Shown piece after piece: positions 29,028 to 39,622 of a stretch of DNA of 64,000 nt. The DNA is taken from the NCBI GenBank assembly GCA_008501635.1, contig QQUJ01000004.1:3085-67084 (forward strand), written 5' to 3'. How positions within the stretch are numbered: the first letter of the stretch is position 1; every line of letters begins with the position of its first letter. A program made the position numbers and the translations under genes. The notes beneath the pieces are model-generated. The model did not search any database, was not told the origin of the DNA, and saw only the letters and a program-made list of their open reading frames with translations. This DNA is from Pseudomonadota bacterium (GTDB lineage: Bacteria > Pseudomonadota > Gammaproteobacteria > QQUJ01).

Positions 29028-30002
29028 ATGAGACTCCAACGCACCGTGATGACACTGATGACAGCGGCCATGATTCTGCTGGCACCGCCCAGCAACGCCC
29101 GTCAGGAAATCATGATCGGAGCGGGTTCGATCACGGGGCTCTATTTCGGCGTCGCCCAGCACATCTGCGACCTGGTCAATCGCTATTCCGGCGGCAAATA
29201 CCAATGCAGCGGACGCCCGGCGCTCGGCTCGGTATTCAATATCAACGCCGTAACCGGCGGCCTGCTCGATTTCGGTATGGCGCAATCCGATCGCAACTGG
29301 CAGGCCACGCTGGGACGCTCGGACTGGCAGGGCAAACCCACGGAAAGCCTGCGCAGCGTTTTCAGCCTGCATCCCGAGACGGTGATGTTGGTGGCCCGGC
29401 GCGACTCGGGCATCCGCAGCATCGAGGATCTGCGTGGCAAGAGGGTCAATATCGGTAATCCGGGATCGGGCCAACGGGGTAATGCCGAAGATATCCTGCG
29501 TCTGCACGGTTTCGATCTCGCGAAGGATCTGGTGGCCTCCGAGTGGCAACAGCATGAAGCCGCACGCGCCATCGTCGACGGCGAGATCGACGCCTTTTTC
29601 TATACCGCGGGGAATCCCAGCGACGCGATTCAGGTGCCTGCCACTCAAACGGAGCTGGTGCTCATTCCGCTGAACGGAGAGGCGATTCTGCACTTCGTCT
29701 CAGGCAAGACCTATTACATGATGACGGAGATACCGGCCGGAACCTATCCGGGCAACGACCAGGCAACACCCACGTATGGCGTGCGGGCCTCGCTGGTCAG
29801 CAGTACCAACACACCCGAGGAGCTGGTCTACGACGTGACACGCATCGTCTTCGAGCACCTCGACGAACTGCGCGGCCTGCATCCGGCGCTACACGGACTC
29901 ACACCCAACATCATGCTCGCCTCGCTCACCGCAGCGCTGCACCCGGGCGCCGAGCGCTACTACCTGGAACGCGGCTGGATATTGGCGGAGACCAACGATT
30001 GA
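29028..30002 (+). CDS. TRAP transporter solute receptor, TAXI family
   Basis: Signal peptide. Two-lobed SBP with the TAXI-type GGxxTGxYY-like N-terminus (IGAGSITGLYFGVAQ). Paralog of 31507..32481 and linked to a fused TRAP permease. Confidence 0.65.
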   Translation: MRLQRTVMTLMTAAMILLAPPSNARQEIMIGAGSITGLYFGVAQHICDLVNRYSGGKYQCSGRPALGSVFNINAVTGGLLDFGMAQSDRNWQATLGRSDWQGKPTESLRSVFSLHPETVMLVARRDSGIRSIEDLRGKRVNIGNPGSGQRGNAEDILRLHGFDLAKDLVASEWQQHEAARAIVDGEIDAFFYTAGNPSDAIQVPATQTELVLIPLNGEAILHFVSGKTYYMMTEIPAGTYPGNDQATPTYGVRASLVSSTNTPEELVYDVTRIVFEHLDELRGLHPALHGLTPNIMLASLTAALHPGAERYYLERGWILAETND

Positions 30003-30036
30003 TCCCTTTGTGACCGCGCCAACGAAGAGGGACACC

Positions 30037-31338
30037 ATGGCTTTCAACGAAGCGTATTACCCCGACGTTCACCTCAATCTCAACGTGCGCGAACTCTCGC
30101 AATCCGCCACGTTGGCGATCAACGAGCGCTGCGCCCAGCTCCGCCACGAAGGTCGTGAAGTCTTCAAACTCGGCCTGGGTCAATCCCCCTTTCCGGTCGC
30201 TATGCCGGTCATCGAAGAGCTCAAGGCCAACGCCCATCAGAAGGACTACCTGCCGGTCAAGGGCTTGCGCCAACTGCGCGACGCGGTGGCCAACTATCAC
30301 CGTCGCCAGGAGGGCGTCGACTATTCGGGCGAGGATGTCCTGATCGGCCCCGGCTCCAAGGAGCTGATGTTTCTCGTACAGCTCGTCTACTACGGCGATC
30401 TGGTGATTCCGACCCCCAGCTGGGTCTCCTACGCGCCGCAGGCGATGATCATCGGGCGCCACATCCGCTGGGTATCGACACGCGCCGAGGATGGCTGGCG
30501 CCTGACCCCCGCCGGTCTGGATGCACTCTGTCGCAAGGATCCCAAGCGCCCGCGCATCGTCATCCTCAACTACCCCAACAATCCCAGCGGCATGACCTTT
30601 GCCCTCGACGAGTTGGAGGCCCTGGCCGAGGTGGCACGCCATTACCGCGTGATCCTGCTCTCCGACGAGATTTATGGCGAGATGCATTTCGAGGGTCAGC
30701 ACGCCTCCATCGCGCGCTTCTACCCCGAAGGCACCATCATCAGCGCCGGATTGAGCAAATGGTGTGGCGCCGGCGGCTGGCGCCTCGGCACCTTCACCTT
30801 TCCGCACAACCTGCGCTGGCTGCAGGACGCCATGTCCGTGGTTGCCAGCGAGACCTTCACCTCCACCAGCGCGCCGATCCAGCACGCCGCGGTGCGCGCC
30901 TACGAAGGCGGCATCGAAATCGAACGCTACCTGTGCAACAGCCGGCGCGTGCTGAAACGCCTCGGCCATGAGGTTGCGACCCGTCTGCAGCGCGCGGGGG
31001 TTCAGGTGGATAAACCGCAGGGCGGTTTCTACGTCTTTCCCGATTTCGCGCCGTTTGGCGAAGCCTTTTCCCGCATCGGGATACAGAGCAGCGCCCAGTT
31101 CTGCGAACGCGTGCTGGAAGAGACGGGTGTCGCGATGCTGCCCGGCAGCGAGTTCGGCCGACCCGCCGATGAGTTCACGGCACGCATGGCCTTTGTCGAC
31201 TTTGACGGGGGGCGTGCGCTGGTCAGCGCCGAGACCGTAGCGCTGGACGTGGAGTTGCCGGATGACTTCCTCGACCAGCACTGCGGCGCCGTGCTGACCG
31301 CCATCGATCGACTCTGCAACTGGGTTCGCGCCTTGTGA
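30037..31338 (+). CDS. Class I/II pyridoxal-phosphate-dependent aminotransferase
   Basis: AAT-like fold. PLP-lysine region (SAGLSKWCGAGGWRLG). RBS GAAGAGGGA before ATG at 30037. Confidence 0.75.
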   Translation: MAFNEAYYPDVHLNLNVRELSQSATLAINERCAQLRHEGREVFKLGLGQSPFPVAMPVIEELKANAHQKDYLPVKGLRQLRDAVANYHRRQEGVDYSGEDVLIGPGSKELMFLVQLVYYGDLVIPTPSWVSYAPQAMIIGRHIRWVSTRAEDGWRLTPAGLDALCRKDPKRPRIVILNYPNNPSGMTFALDELEALAEVARHYRVILLSDEIYGEMHFEGQHASIARFYPEGTIISAGLSKWCGAGGWRLGTFTFPHNLRWLQDAMSVVASETFTSTSAPIQHAAVRAYEGGIEIERYLCNSRRVLKRLGHEVATRLQRAGVQVDKPQGGFYVFPDFAPFGEAFSRIGIQSSAQFCERVLEETGVAMLPGSEFGRPADEFTARMAFVDFDGGRALVSAETVALDVELPDDFLDQHCGAVLTAIDRLCNWVRAL

Positions 31339-31506
31339 CGCAGTGCAATATCGCCGGCACCAGAATCCAGGCCGGCTTGTAACTCCCCCATTTGCAGCTA
31401 GGCTAAAGGAGTATGGGCGGCATCACCCCCGGCCTGTCATTTCTCGGTGCACGCGTATTCGTGATCACCGTCTCATCGATAAAAGCCAAACACATTAGGA
31501 GGCACC

Positions 31507-32481
31507 ATGCACAGGATTTTTCAGGCTTTTCTTTCTGCCACCGTCATAGCACTCGCGGTCAGCGCGACTCCCGTTCGCGCGTCCCAGGACCTGCTGATCG
31601 GTGGTGGCTCAGTCACCGGCGTCTATTACCAGGTAGCGCTCCACGTCTGCAATCTGATCAACAAGCACTCCGACGGCAAGTACAACTGTGTCGGACGTCC
31701 GGCGCTGGGCTCGGTGTTCAATATCAACGCCGTCAATCGCGGTCTGCTCGATTTCGGTGTGGCGCAGTCGGATCGCAATTTCCAGGCCTACAAAGGCACA
31801 GCCGATTGGGAGGGCAATCCTGTCACGGGCCTGCGCAGCGTCTTCAGCATGCATCCCGAAACCGTGCTGGTGGTGACCCGCAAGGATTCCGGCATCAAGA
31901 TGGTCAGCGACCTCAAGGGCAAGCGGGTCAATATCGGTAACCCCGGCTCCGGACAGCGCGGCAACGCCGAAGACGTACTGAAGATCTACGGTATCGACAA
32001 GGACAAGGACATGCAGTCCGAAGGTCTGCAGCAGCACGACGCTTCGCGCGCACTGGTCGACCGCAAGATCGACGCCTTCTTCTATACGGTGGGCAATCCG
32101 AGCGCCGCCATCGAGGAACCGGCCAACTCGACCGACATTACCCTCGTACCGGTCAATTCGAAGGGCATCAAGGAGTTCATCAGCGACAAGCCCTTCTACG
32201 TGATGACCGCCATCAAGCCCGGCACCTATAAGGGAGTGGACAAACCGGTCGAGACATTCGCCGTGAAGGCTACCGTGGTAGCCAGCGCCGAAGCCTCGGA
32301 GCAGATGATCTACGACGTGACGAAGATCATCTTCGAGAACATCGACGAACTGCGTGCGTCTCACGCTGCCTTCAAGAATTTGGAGCCCCAGGAGATGCTC
32401 GGCGGACTTTCAGCGCCGCTGCATCCGGGTGCGGCAAAATACTACAAGGAACGTGGTTGGAAGCTGCCCAGTACGCTCTAG
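31507..32481 (+). CDS. TRAP transporter solute receptor, TAXI family (second copy)
   Basis: About 50% identical to the 29028 gene (IGGGSVTGVYYQVALHVCNLINKHSDGKYNCVGRPALGSVFNINAV...). AGGAGG RBS. Confidence 0.65.
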   Translation: MHRIFQAFLSATVIALAVSATPVRASQDLLIGGGSVTGVYYQVALHVCNLINKHSDGKYNCVGRPALGSVFNINAVNRGLLDFGVAQSDRNFQAYKGTADWEGNPVTGLRSVFSMHPETVLVVTRKDSGIKMVSDLKGKRVNIGNPGSGQRGNAEDVLKIYGIDKDKDMQSEGLQQHDASRALVDRKIDAFFYTVGNPSAAIEEPANSTDITLVPVNSKGIKEFISDKPFYVMTAIKPGTYKGVDKPVETFAVKATVVASAEASEQMIYDVTKIIFENIDELRASHAAFKNLEPQEMLGGLSAPLHPGAAKYYKERGWKLPSTL

Positions 32482-32498
32482 GCTAACGCCGTTACCAC

Positions 32499-32522
32499 AG
32501 GGGAGAGCGTCGCTCTCCCCTG
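32499..32522 (+). terminator. Inter-cistronic hairpin between the TAXI receptor and the TRAP permease (attenuator or partial terminator)
   Basis: ggggagagcg/cgctctcccc inverted repeat followed by TCATTTAC. Confidence 0.4.
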
Positions 32523-32597
32523 TCATTTACAGCCCTTAAACATCCCCGGTGCCACCGCATACCAGCGCCGCACGCATAAACGACAAGGGACTGGAGC

Positions 32598-34796
32598 ATG
32601 ACCGACCCAAGCAAGCCCGGTGCGCGTGATATCCCCGATGTCGTCGCCAACACCAAGGCTCAAGAGATCGTCGCCGAGGTCGAGACCGGACCACGCGAGC
32701 CGGTCAACCGCTTCACGGCGGCATTGATAGTCGGACTTTGTGTCGTCTGGTCGGTCTTTCAGCTCTACATCGCCTACCAGCCGATCAACGCGATCATCGC
32801 GCGGTCCTGGCACCTGGCCTTTGCCATCTGCCTGGTCTTTCTCGCCTACCCGCTCTACAAGGAATCGAGCCCGCCCAGGTGGCTGCTGCTGATTCGCAAG
32901 GTCTGGCCAAATTTCGATGCCCGACGCTCCAACCGCGACTACATTCCGATCTACGATTTCCTCTTCGCTGCCATCGCGGCAGCTGCTGCGCTCTACATCT
33001 GGTGGGATTACGAGAACATCATCCAGCGCTCGGGGCTGCCGAGTGAACTCGATGTCTGGATGGGTGTTGTCATGCTCGTCTTCCTGCTCGAGGCGGCACG
33101 GCGCGCACTCGGTCCGGCGTTGCCGATTCTAGGGATGATTTTCATCGCCTACTGTTTCGTTGGCCCCTACCTGCCGGAATTTCTGCGCCACCGCGGCATC
33201 CCGCTCGACTTCGTTATCAACGACATGTACCTCTCGGACACCGGCATCTTCGGTGTGCCGCTGGGCGTGTCGACCAGTTTCGTTTTCCTGTTCGTACTGT
33301 TCGGCGCGATGCTCGACAAAGCCGGTGCCGGAAAATACTTCATCGACGTCGCGTTCGCGGGGCTCGGCGGACTGCGCGGCGGTCCGGCCAAAGCGGCCAT
33401 CGTCGCCTCGGGGCTCACCGGTCTGGTGAGCGGCTCATCCATCGCCAATACGGTCACTACCGGCACCTTCACCATTCCGCTGATGAAAAAGGTCGGTCTG
33501 CCCGCACACAAGGCCGCCGCCGTGGAGGTGGCCGCGTCCACCAACGGCCAGCTGATGCCGCCGATCATGGGTGCGGCCGCATTCATCATGGCCGAGATTA
33601 TCGGCATCCCTTACATCGATGTGGTACGTGCCGCGATCATCCCGGCGCTGATCTCCTATCTCGCACTGTTTTACGTGGTGCATCTCGAGGCGATGAAGCT
33701 CGATATTCGTGCGCTGTCCAAGGATGAGCTGCCGGAGCTGCTGAAAACCTTCCTGCGCGGCATCCACTATCTCATTCCTTTGCTGGTCCTGATCACCTAC
33801 CTGGTGGTGCTGCGCTACTCGGCCATCACCGCGGCGTTGCATGCGATTCAATCCATTGTCGTGATCATGCTCATCCAGCGTCCGATCATCGCCTGGCTGG
33901 CGTTCAGCGCGCATCGCAAGGCAGGCACGCTCGATACCAACACCGCTGTCGGCGCCCTTCTTGTCGCCGCGCTCAAAGACGGCGTCATGGATATCTGGAA
34001 CGGCCTGATCGCCGGTGCGCGCAACATGATCTCGGTCGGTGTGGCGACGGCGGCTGCGGGCATCATCGTCGGCGTCGTCACCATCACCGGACTGGTGGGG
34101 CGTTTTGTCAACGTGATCGATGTGATCAGCTTCGGCAACGTCTACCTGATGCTGATCCTCACCGCCATCACCAGCATGATCCTCGGCATGGGTCTTCCCA
34201 CCACGGCCAACTACATCATCATGGCGACGCTGACCGCGCCGGTGATCGTTCATCTGGGCGGTGACGCCGGCCTGGTGTTCCCGCTGATCGCCGCGCACCT
34301 GTTCGTCTTCTACTTCGGCATTCTGGCCGACGACACGCCGCCGGTGGGATTGGCCGCTTACGCCGCGGCAGCCATTGCGCGCAGCGATCCCATCATCACC
34401 GGCATCCAGGGATTTACCTACGATCTGCGCACCGCCATCCTGCCGTTCATCTTCCTCTTCAATACCGAACTGCTGATGATCGCCGGTGTGGGTGCCGGCG
34501 GTGAGATCATCTGGCTCGACAGCATCGTCAAGATCGGCTGGGTCTTCGTCGTGTCGCTCGCCGCCATGTTCGCCTTCGCCTCGTTCATGCAGGGCTACGC
34601 GGCCGATCACTGCAACTGGTTCGAACGCCTGCTGTTACTGGCGCTCGCCCTGTTCATGTTCCGGCCCGGCATCATCGAGGATGCACTGCCGGTGACCCGC
34701 GAGATCGTTCAGGCCGCCTGCCTGATCACCTACGGCGCGTTCTACGCGATGCAGAAGGCACGTCGCAAGCTCCGCGAAGCTGAGGAAACCGCCTAA
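32598..34796 (+). CDS. TRAP transporter fused permease (TAXI-associated 4TM/12TM fusion)
   Basis: 732-aa polytopic protein with DctQ-like and DctM-like halves, immediately downstream of the TAXI receptor. Confidence 0.75.
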   Translation: MTDPSKPGARDIPDVVANTKAQEIVAEVETGPREPVNRFTAALIVGLCVVWSVFQLYIAYQPINAIIARSWHLAFAICLVFLAYPLYKESSPPRWLLLIRKVWPNFDARRSNRDYIPIYDFLFAAIAAAAALYIWWDYENIIQRSGLPSELDVWMGVVMLVFLLEAARRALGPALPILGMIFIAYCFVGPYLPEFLRHRGIPLDFVINDMYLSDTGIFGVPLGVSTSFVFLFVLFGAMLDKAGAGKYFIDVAFAGLGGLRGGPAKAAIVASGLTGLVSGSSIANTVTTGTFTIPLMKKVGLPAHKAAAVEVAASTNGQLMPPIMGAAAFIMAEIIGIPYIDVVRAAIIPALISYLALFYVVHLEAMKLDIRALSKDELPELLKTFLRGIHYLIPLLVLITYLVVLRYSAITAALHAIQSIVVIMLIQRPIIAWLAFSAHRKAGTLDTNTAVGALLVAALKDGVMDIWNGLIAGARNMISVGVATAAAGIIVGVVTITGLVGRFVNVIDVISFGNVYLMLILTAITSMILGMGLPTTANYIIMATLTAPVIVHLGGDAGLVFPLIAAHLFVFYFGILADDTPPVGLAAYAAAAIARSDPIITGIQGFTYDLRTAILPFIFLFNTELLMIAGVGAGGEIIWLDSIVKIGWVFVVSLAAMFAFASFMQGYAADHCNWFERLLLLALALFMFRPGIIEDALPVTREIVQAACLITYGAFYAMQKARRKLREAEETA

Positions 34797-34829
34797 CCAC
34801 AGTGCCATTGCCGTAACGAGGAATCGATC

Positions 34830-35279
34830 ATGTTCAAACGGATATTGCTCCCCGTCGCCCTGCAGGGGCCGCGCGCCAACGAAGACACGCTGGAGGTGGC
34901 ACTCGATTTTGCACGCCGCGACGGTGCCGAGCTGATTGTCATGCACGTACTGCCCGGATTCGGCATGCCGGTGGTCGCCTCCTATTTCCCGGCTTCGGCA
35001 CGCGAAACCGCGACCAGGGAGACCAATGAGAAACTCGCCGAGTGGGTGGAGCAGAACATCCCGGCCGGTATCAAGGTAGCGACCACGATAGGCGAGGGCC
35101 GTGCCTACGAACAGATCCTGCGCGAGGCCAAGCAACGCGAGATCGACCTGATCGTGATCCGCAGCCAACGGCTGGGCAAGATAGGGAGCTTTCTGCTTGG
35201 CTCCACCGCCGAGCGCGTGACGCGTCACGCCCACTGCACGGTGATCGTGGTGCGTGACTGGAAGAACAACAGGAAGTAG
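34830..35279 (+). CDS. Universal stress protein (UspA family)
   Basis: 149 aa with ATP-binding motif GSTAERVTRHAHCTVIVV. Confidence 0.75.
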   Translation: MFKRILLPVALQGPRANEDTLEVALDFARRDGAELIVMHVLPGFGMPVVASYFPASARETATRETNEKLAEWVEQNIPAGIKVATTIGEGRAYEQILREAKQREIDLIVIRSQRLGKIGSFLLGSTAERVTRHAHCTVIVVRDWKNNRK

Positions 35280-35407
35280 ATCCATGGCATTGTGCAAGCA
35301 GCGCTCCACGCAGGTCCGCAGGGAACTCGGCAGGGCGTGACGCCTCTATCATTGAGAAACCATACTATGCGTTCGCGAACGACATGCACTCCCGGAGGGT
35401 AGATCCA

Positions 35408-35896
35408 ATGAAATACACACTTGTTTCCCTGGCAATGCTCCTTACCGCCTCCCTCCTTGGCGTGCAAACGTCCGTCGCCGAGGAGAACGGTGCATCCAAA
35501 GATGCGAACACCACCCCTTCGGTAATCACTGTCTATCGCAGCCCCACCTGCGACTGCTGCAAGAATTGGCTGACACATTTGCGCAACCATGGCTTCACGG
35601 TTGAGGATCACACGGAAGCGGACATGACTCCCATCAAGGATCACCTGGGGGTACCCGGTGCGGTGCGCTCATGCCACACCGCCACGATCGACGGCTACCT
35701 CATTGAAGGTCATGTGCCCGCCACAGATATCAGGCGGTTGCTCACCCAACGCCCGCAGATCAAGGGCCTCGCCGTGCCCGGCATGGTGGTCGGCTCGCCG
35801 GGGATGGAGATGGGGAATCGTAAGGATCCCTACACCGTGGTCAGCATCGGCAGGCATGATGAGCTGCGCGTGTTTCGCGAATACCGGGACTATTGA
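35408..35896 (+). CDS. DUF411-family periplasmic metal (copper)-binding protein
   Basis: Signal peptide. Conserved CDCC cluster (YRSPTCDCCKNW) and H/M-rich segments. Confidence 0.55.
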   Translation: MKYTLVSLAMLLTASLLGVQTSVAEENGASKDANTTPSVITVYRSPTCDCCKNWLTHLRNHGFTVEDHTEADMTPIKDHLGVPGAVRSCHTATIDGYLIEGHVPATDIRRLLTQRPQIKGLAVPGMVVGSPGMEMGNRKDPYTVVSIGRHDELRVFREYRDY

Positions 35897-35975
35897 GTCG
35901 CTAGGCTTTGAGGGGAGTCAGCGCTGGCAGGCGCGGCGCGACCGGGAAACCGCTGGTCCGCCAGGGAGGTTGACT

Positions 35976-36521
35976 TCAAGTGGTATGCGCCTGGTCTGCC
36001 AGGGCGCGAATCGGATCGAGCAGCGCCGGGTCATCCCATTCGCGATCCCCGACGGCTTTATAGACCAGACGCCCCTGAGGATCGATCACAAAGGTGGTCG
36101 GCAATCCGATCACCGGCCAGCTGCTGCTGGTTTTTCCGTACTCATCGAGCAGAATCGGAAAGGTGAGCTGCGCCGCGGCAGCGTACGACCACACCTGTTC
36201 TTCCTTCTGTCCGACATTGACGGCGAGCATGACCACGCCTTGGGACTGCAACTGCTCCCAGGCCCGCTGCATCGACGGCATTTCGCGCCGGCAGGGTGGG
36301 CACCAGGTGGCCCAGAAGTTCACGATCACCACCTTGCCGCGGTAATCCGAGAGGCGGTGGATCTTTCCATCCAGATCCCGCAACGCAAACTCATGCGCCA
36401 GGGGTGCACCGGGGATACTGCTCAACGTCTGAGGGTAGACCGCGGTTGGAAGCAGTCCTGTCACCAGGAACAGGACCAGCCCGATGACCGGCCATTGTTT
36501 TCTATTCATGCCCCTCCTCAT
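35976..36521 (-). CDS. TlpA-family periplasmic thiol:disulfide oxidoreductase
   Basis: Thioredoxin fold with WCPPC active site (VNFWATWCPPCRREMP). N-terminal anchor. Confidence 0.8.
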   Translation of the reverse strand: MRRGMNRKQWPVIGLVLFLVTGLLPTAVYPQTLSSIPGAPLAHEFALRDLDGKIHRLSDYRGKVVIVNFWATWCPPCRREMPSMQRAWEQLQSQGVVMLAVNVGQKEEQVWSYAAAAQLTFPILLDEYGKTSSSWPVIGLPTTFVIDPQGRLVYKAVGDREWDDPALLDPIRALADQAHTT

Positions 36522-37207
36522 CGGGTGTCAGCGGCGCATTGCAGCGATCTCATCGCCGCCGTTTCGGTCTGTGCTCCCCGCATCCACTGCATGAGCAGGT
36601 CGAATCGGGTCCCGACCGCCAGACCCGTAGTGATCATGCCCCAGTTGCCATCCCCAGGGTGGAAGGTCTGGTCAACCGGAAACAACGCCCAGCGAAATGC
36701 CAGCCGTGCTTCGGGCGCCGTGCCCTGCGCGTCCCAGAGCGTATCCCAGTCGCCGGTAAGCCGCAGCGGCTGCCGGCCGGCCGCGGTGTGGACCCCCCAG
36801 TGTGCCAGTGGCAGTTGAATCGGCTGCGCCCCGGTCGGTTGTGCATTCCGCACGATCATCTGCATGAGACAGGTGACCGCCAGTGATTCAGCCTGCTCGG
36901 CACTGAAACCCCGCGCGATATAGAAAGCGCGCACCTGATTCGGCTGCAGCTGGACCAGTTCGACCTGGAACCCTTGTGCATCCATTCGCCAATAGGCCCG
37001 CCCATCGTCGCGTACGCCCGTGCTCATTTCAATGGCAAAGGCTGGGAGGCTGCCGGCAAACACCCACACGGCGAGGAGCAGGGCCGGTGCGCCACGCGCG
37101 CGGCGAACCCCATCGAGCCTCCCACACCTCACCGGCGGTTGACATACCTCAACCTGGGTGCGGGGATCAGCCTGCAACTGCGTGATATCCACCGCTACCG
37201 CCGACAA
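36518..37207 (-). CDS. Hypothetical periplasmic protein co-transcribed with TlpA
   Basis: Overlaps the tlpA start by 4 bp. Internal signal-peptide-like segment PALLLAVWVFAGSLPAFA suggests the true start is downstream of 37207. Confidence 0.35.
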   Translation of the reverse strand: MSAVAVDITQLQADPRTQVEVCQPPVRCGRLDGVRRARGAPALLLAVWVFAGSLPAFAIEMSTGVRDDGRAYWRMDAQGFQVELVQLQPNQVRAFYIARGFSAEQAESLAVTCLMQMIVRNAQPTGAQPIQLPLAHWGVHTAAGRQPLRLTGDWDTLWDAQGTAPEARLAFRWALFPVDQTFHPGDGNWGMITTGLAVGTRFDLLMQWMRGAQTETAAMRSLQCAADTR

Positions 37208-37350
37208 TCACCTGCGGTTACGAACGGTACGAGCAATGCGGATTTCAAATATCGTCCCCTCCCATTCGTCACCTTCTGCTGTTCACTGATGGCGCCTATA
37301 CTGGTTTGATAACATTTTGCCCGTCAGCCCGCCAGTGAAGGAGTGATTCC

Positions 37351-38400
37351 ATGGCCACGATCAGCAGTCTTCTGGGTGAGGAGGCCGAATACCTGCTCAA
37401 CCATCAGTGCACCGGCATCAAGCACGATACCCTTCACCTGCCGGGCGCCGATTTTGTCGATCGCGTGGTCTCAGGCTCCGACCGACCGCCCCAGGTGCTG
37501 CGCAATCTGCAGACGCTGTTCAACACCGGTCGCCTGGGAGGTACCGGCTATCTTTCGCTGCTGCCGGTGGACCAGGGCATCGAGCATTCGGCGGGCGCCT
37601 CGTTCGCCCCCAACCCGATCTACTTCGATCCTGAGAACATCGTGCGCCTCGCCATCGAGGGCGGCTGCAACGGCGTCGCCTCGACACTCGGGGTACTGGG
37701 TTCGGTATCGCGCAGATACGCCCACAAGATCCCGTTCCTGGTCAAACTCAACCACAACGAACTGCTCACCTACCCCAGTATGCACAACCAGACGCTCTTC
37801 GCCTCGGTACAGCAGGCCTTCGAGTTGGGCGCCATCGCGGTGGGTGCCACGATCTACTACGGCTCCGAAGAGTCGCGGCGGCAGATCCAGGAGATCAGCG
37901 AAGCCTTCGCCTACGCCCACGAATTGGGCATGGTCTGCGTGCTGTGGGCCTACCTGCGCAATCCGGCCTTCAAGCACGAGGGGATCGACTACCATACCGC
38001 CGCCGATCTCACCGGTCAGGCCAACCACCTGGCGGCCACCATCGAGGCCGATATCGTCAAACAGAAGCAGGCCGAGGGCAACGGCGGCTACACCGCGATC
38101 AACTTCGGCAAGACGCACAAAAAGGTCTACGAGGAGCTGACCAGCGATCACCCCATCGACCTCACCCGCTATCAGGTGGCCTGCTGCTACATGGGCCGCG
38201 CCGGGTTGATCAACTCCGGCGGCGCCTCGGGCAGCAACGACCTGGCGCAGGCGGTGCGCACCGCGGTCATCAACAAGCGCGCCGGGGGCATGGGGATGAT
38301 TTCGGGGCGCAAGGCATTCCAGAAACCGATGAGCGATGGTGTCGAGTTGCTCAACGCCATTCAGGATGTCTACCTCGCACCCGAGGTGACCATTGCCTGA
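37351..38400 (+). CDS. fbaB: Class I fructose-bisphosphate aldolase (FbaB/DhnA type)
   Basis: 349 aa, collinear with E. coli FbaB. RBS GAAGGAG. Confidence 0.8.
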   Translation: MATISSLLGEEAEYLLNHQCTGIKHDTLHLPGADFVDRVVSGSDRPPQVLRNLQTLFNTGRLGGTGYLSLLPVDQGIEHSAGASFAPNPIYFDPENIVRLAIEGGCNGVASTLGVLGSVSRRYAHKIPFLVKLNHNELLTYPSMHNQTLFASVQQAFELGAIAVGATIYYGSEESRRQIQEISEAFAYAHELGMVCVLWAYLRNPAFKHEGIDYHTAADLTGQANHLAATIEADIVKQKQAEGNGGYTAINFGKTHKKVYEELTSDHPIDLTRYQVACCYMGRAGLINSGGASGSNDLAQAVRTAVINKRAGGMGMISGRKAFQKPMSDGVELLNAIQDVYLAPEVTIA

Positions 38401-38830
38401 GGCCAGTGAGGATCACCCGTCCGTAGGTCTTGTGCGGCGGCTCGCCGCGATGGTTTACGACGCCCTTATCGTTTTCGCGTTGGTGTTCATCACGGCATTC
38501 GTGGTGCTGCAGATTTTCGGCGAACCGCTCGATAACATCGGCAAGGCGGTCCTGCAGATCGCCGCGGTACTGGTCGCTTACGGGTATTTCGCCGGCTTCT
38601 GGACCCACGGCGGGCAGACCATCGGCATGCGCGCCTGGCGCATCCGGGTGGTTGGTGTTGACCCCGTGCGCGTCACCTGGGCCAAGGCGACCCTGCGCTT
38701 CTTCGCCGCCATTCTATCCTTGCTGCCCGCCGGTCTGGGATTCTGGTGGATACTGATCGACCCGCAACGGCGCGCCTGGCATGACCGTTGGTCGCGTACG
38801 CGACTCGATCGATCAGACAGAGGCGGGTAG
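38393..38830 (+). CDS. RDD-family membrane protein
   Basis: 3-TM RDD domain (R...D...D pattern: [13 protein letters not shown]...[14 protein letters not shown]...AWHDRWS). TTG start in the track. An ATG at 38450 is an alternative. Confidence 0.55.
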   Translation: MPEASEDHPSVGLVRRLAAMVYDALIVFALVFITAFVVLQIFGEPLDNIGKAVLQIAAVLVAYGYFAGFWTHGGQTIGMRAWRIRVVGVDPVRVTWAKATLRFFAAILSLLPAGLGFWWILIDPQRRAWHDRWSRTRLDRSDRGG

Positions 38831-38873
38831 TCCTCAAAAACCGGACCCGCGGTGACACACGCACCGCAGCCAA

Positions 38874-39033
38874 GGAACCTCTGATCAAGTCTGTTTAGAT
38901 GAGAGTGTTGTTCAGAAGGGGCGAGCTCAGGGCGGAAAATACAGGTAATAGCCCGCTATGGCCAAGCTTTCCAACACTGAAATCGTCGCTTCCGGGCAAC
39001 AGAATCACTGAACACGACTTGATCAGAGGTTCC
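38874..39033. mobile_element. MITE-like 160-bp element, copy 1, with perfect 18-bp terminal inverted repeats
   Basis: GGAACCTCTGATCAAGTC at 38874-38891 and its reverse complement at 39016-39033. About 88% identical to the inverted copy at 43678..43837. Abuts the stop codon of the tetrahaem cytochrome gene. Confidence 0.6.
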
Positions 39034-39040
39034 CTAAGAT

Positions 39041-39601
39041 TCAATCATCCCGCTCTTCGGGTGGCTTTTTGTGGGCTACACCTTTGTGGCACTCGATGCA
39101 GGTCTCGCCACGCTCTTGGGCCTTTTCCATCTTTTCTCGCGCTCGCGCTTTCTGTTTGTGGAAATCCATGCTGTCGTAACTGTGGCAGTTGCGGCATTCA
39201 CGCGAGTCATTAGCCTTCATCGTCGCCCATACATGCTCGGCCAGCTCCTTGCGTTTGGCCTCGAACTTCTCTGGCGTATCGATGGTGCCGAGCACCTTGT
39301 GATAGAGCTCGTTGGTCGCCTGGATCTTGCGCCAGACCTTGGCTCCCCAGTCGCGCGGCACGTGACAGTCAGGACAGGTCGCCCTGACGCCTGAGGCGTT
39401 TTTGTAATGGGGAGAAGTAAGGTACTCCTGATAGACCGTCCGCTCCATTTCGTGGCAGGAGATGCAGAAGGTCTGCGTGTTGGTAAGCTCCAACACGGTA
39501 TTGAACCCCCCCCAGAAGAGAATGCCGAACACCGTCCCGGACAAAAAAATCACCACCAGCCGCTTGCCCCAGCGGCTGGTGGCACCGATCGATTGCCTCA
39601 T
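39041..39601 (-). CDS. NapC/NirT-family membrane-anchored tetrahaem cytochrome c
   Basis: N-terminal TM helix plus four CxxCH motifs (CISCH, CPDCH, CRNCH, CIECH). 186 aa. Confidence 0.75.
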   Translation of the reverse strand: MRQSIGATSRWGKRLVVIFLSGTVFGILFWGGFNTVLELTNTQTFCISCHEMERTVYQEYLTSPHYKNASGVRATCPDCHVPRDWGAKVWRKIQATNELYHKVLGTIDTPEKFEAKRKELAEHVWATMKANDSRECRNCHSYDSMDFHKQKARAREKMEKAQERGETCIECHKGVAHKKPPEERDD

Positions 39602-39622
39602 GCCTGACGCGTTCCGCTGCCG

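Noticed and set aside
38874-39033. 17-codon ORF (MAKLSNTEIVASGQQNH) inside the MITE-like element
   Set aside because: Not conserved in the second copy and no RBS.
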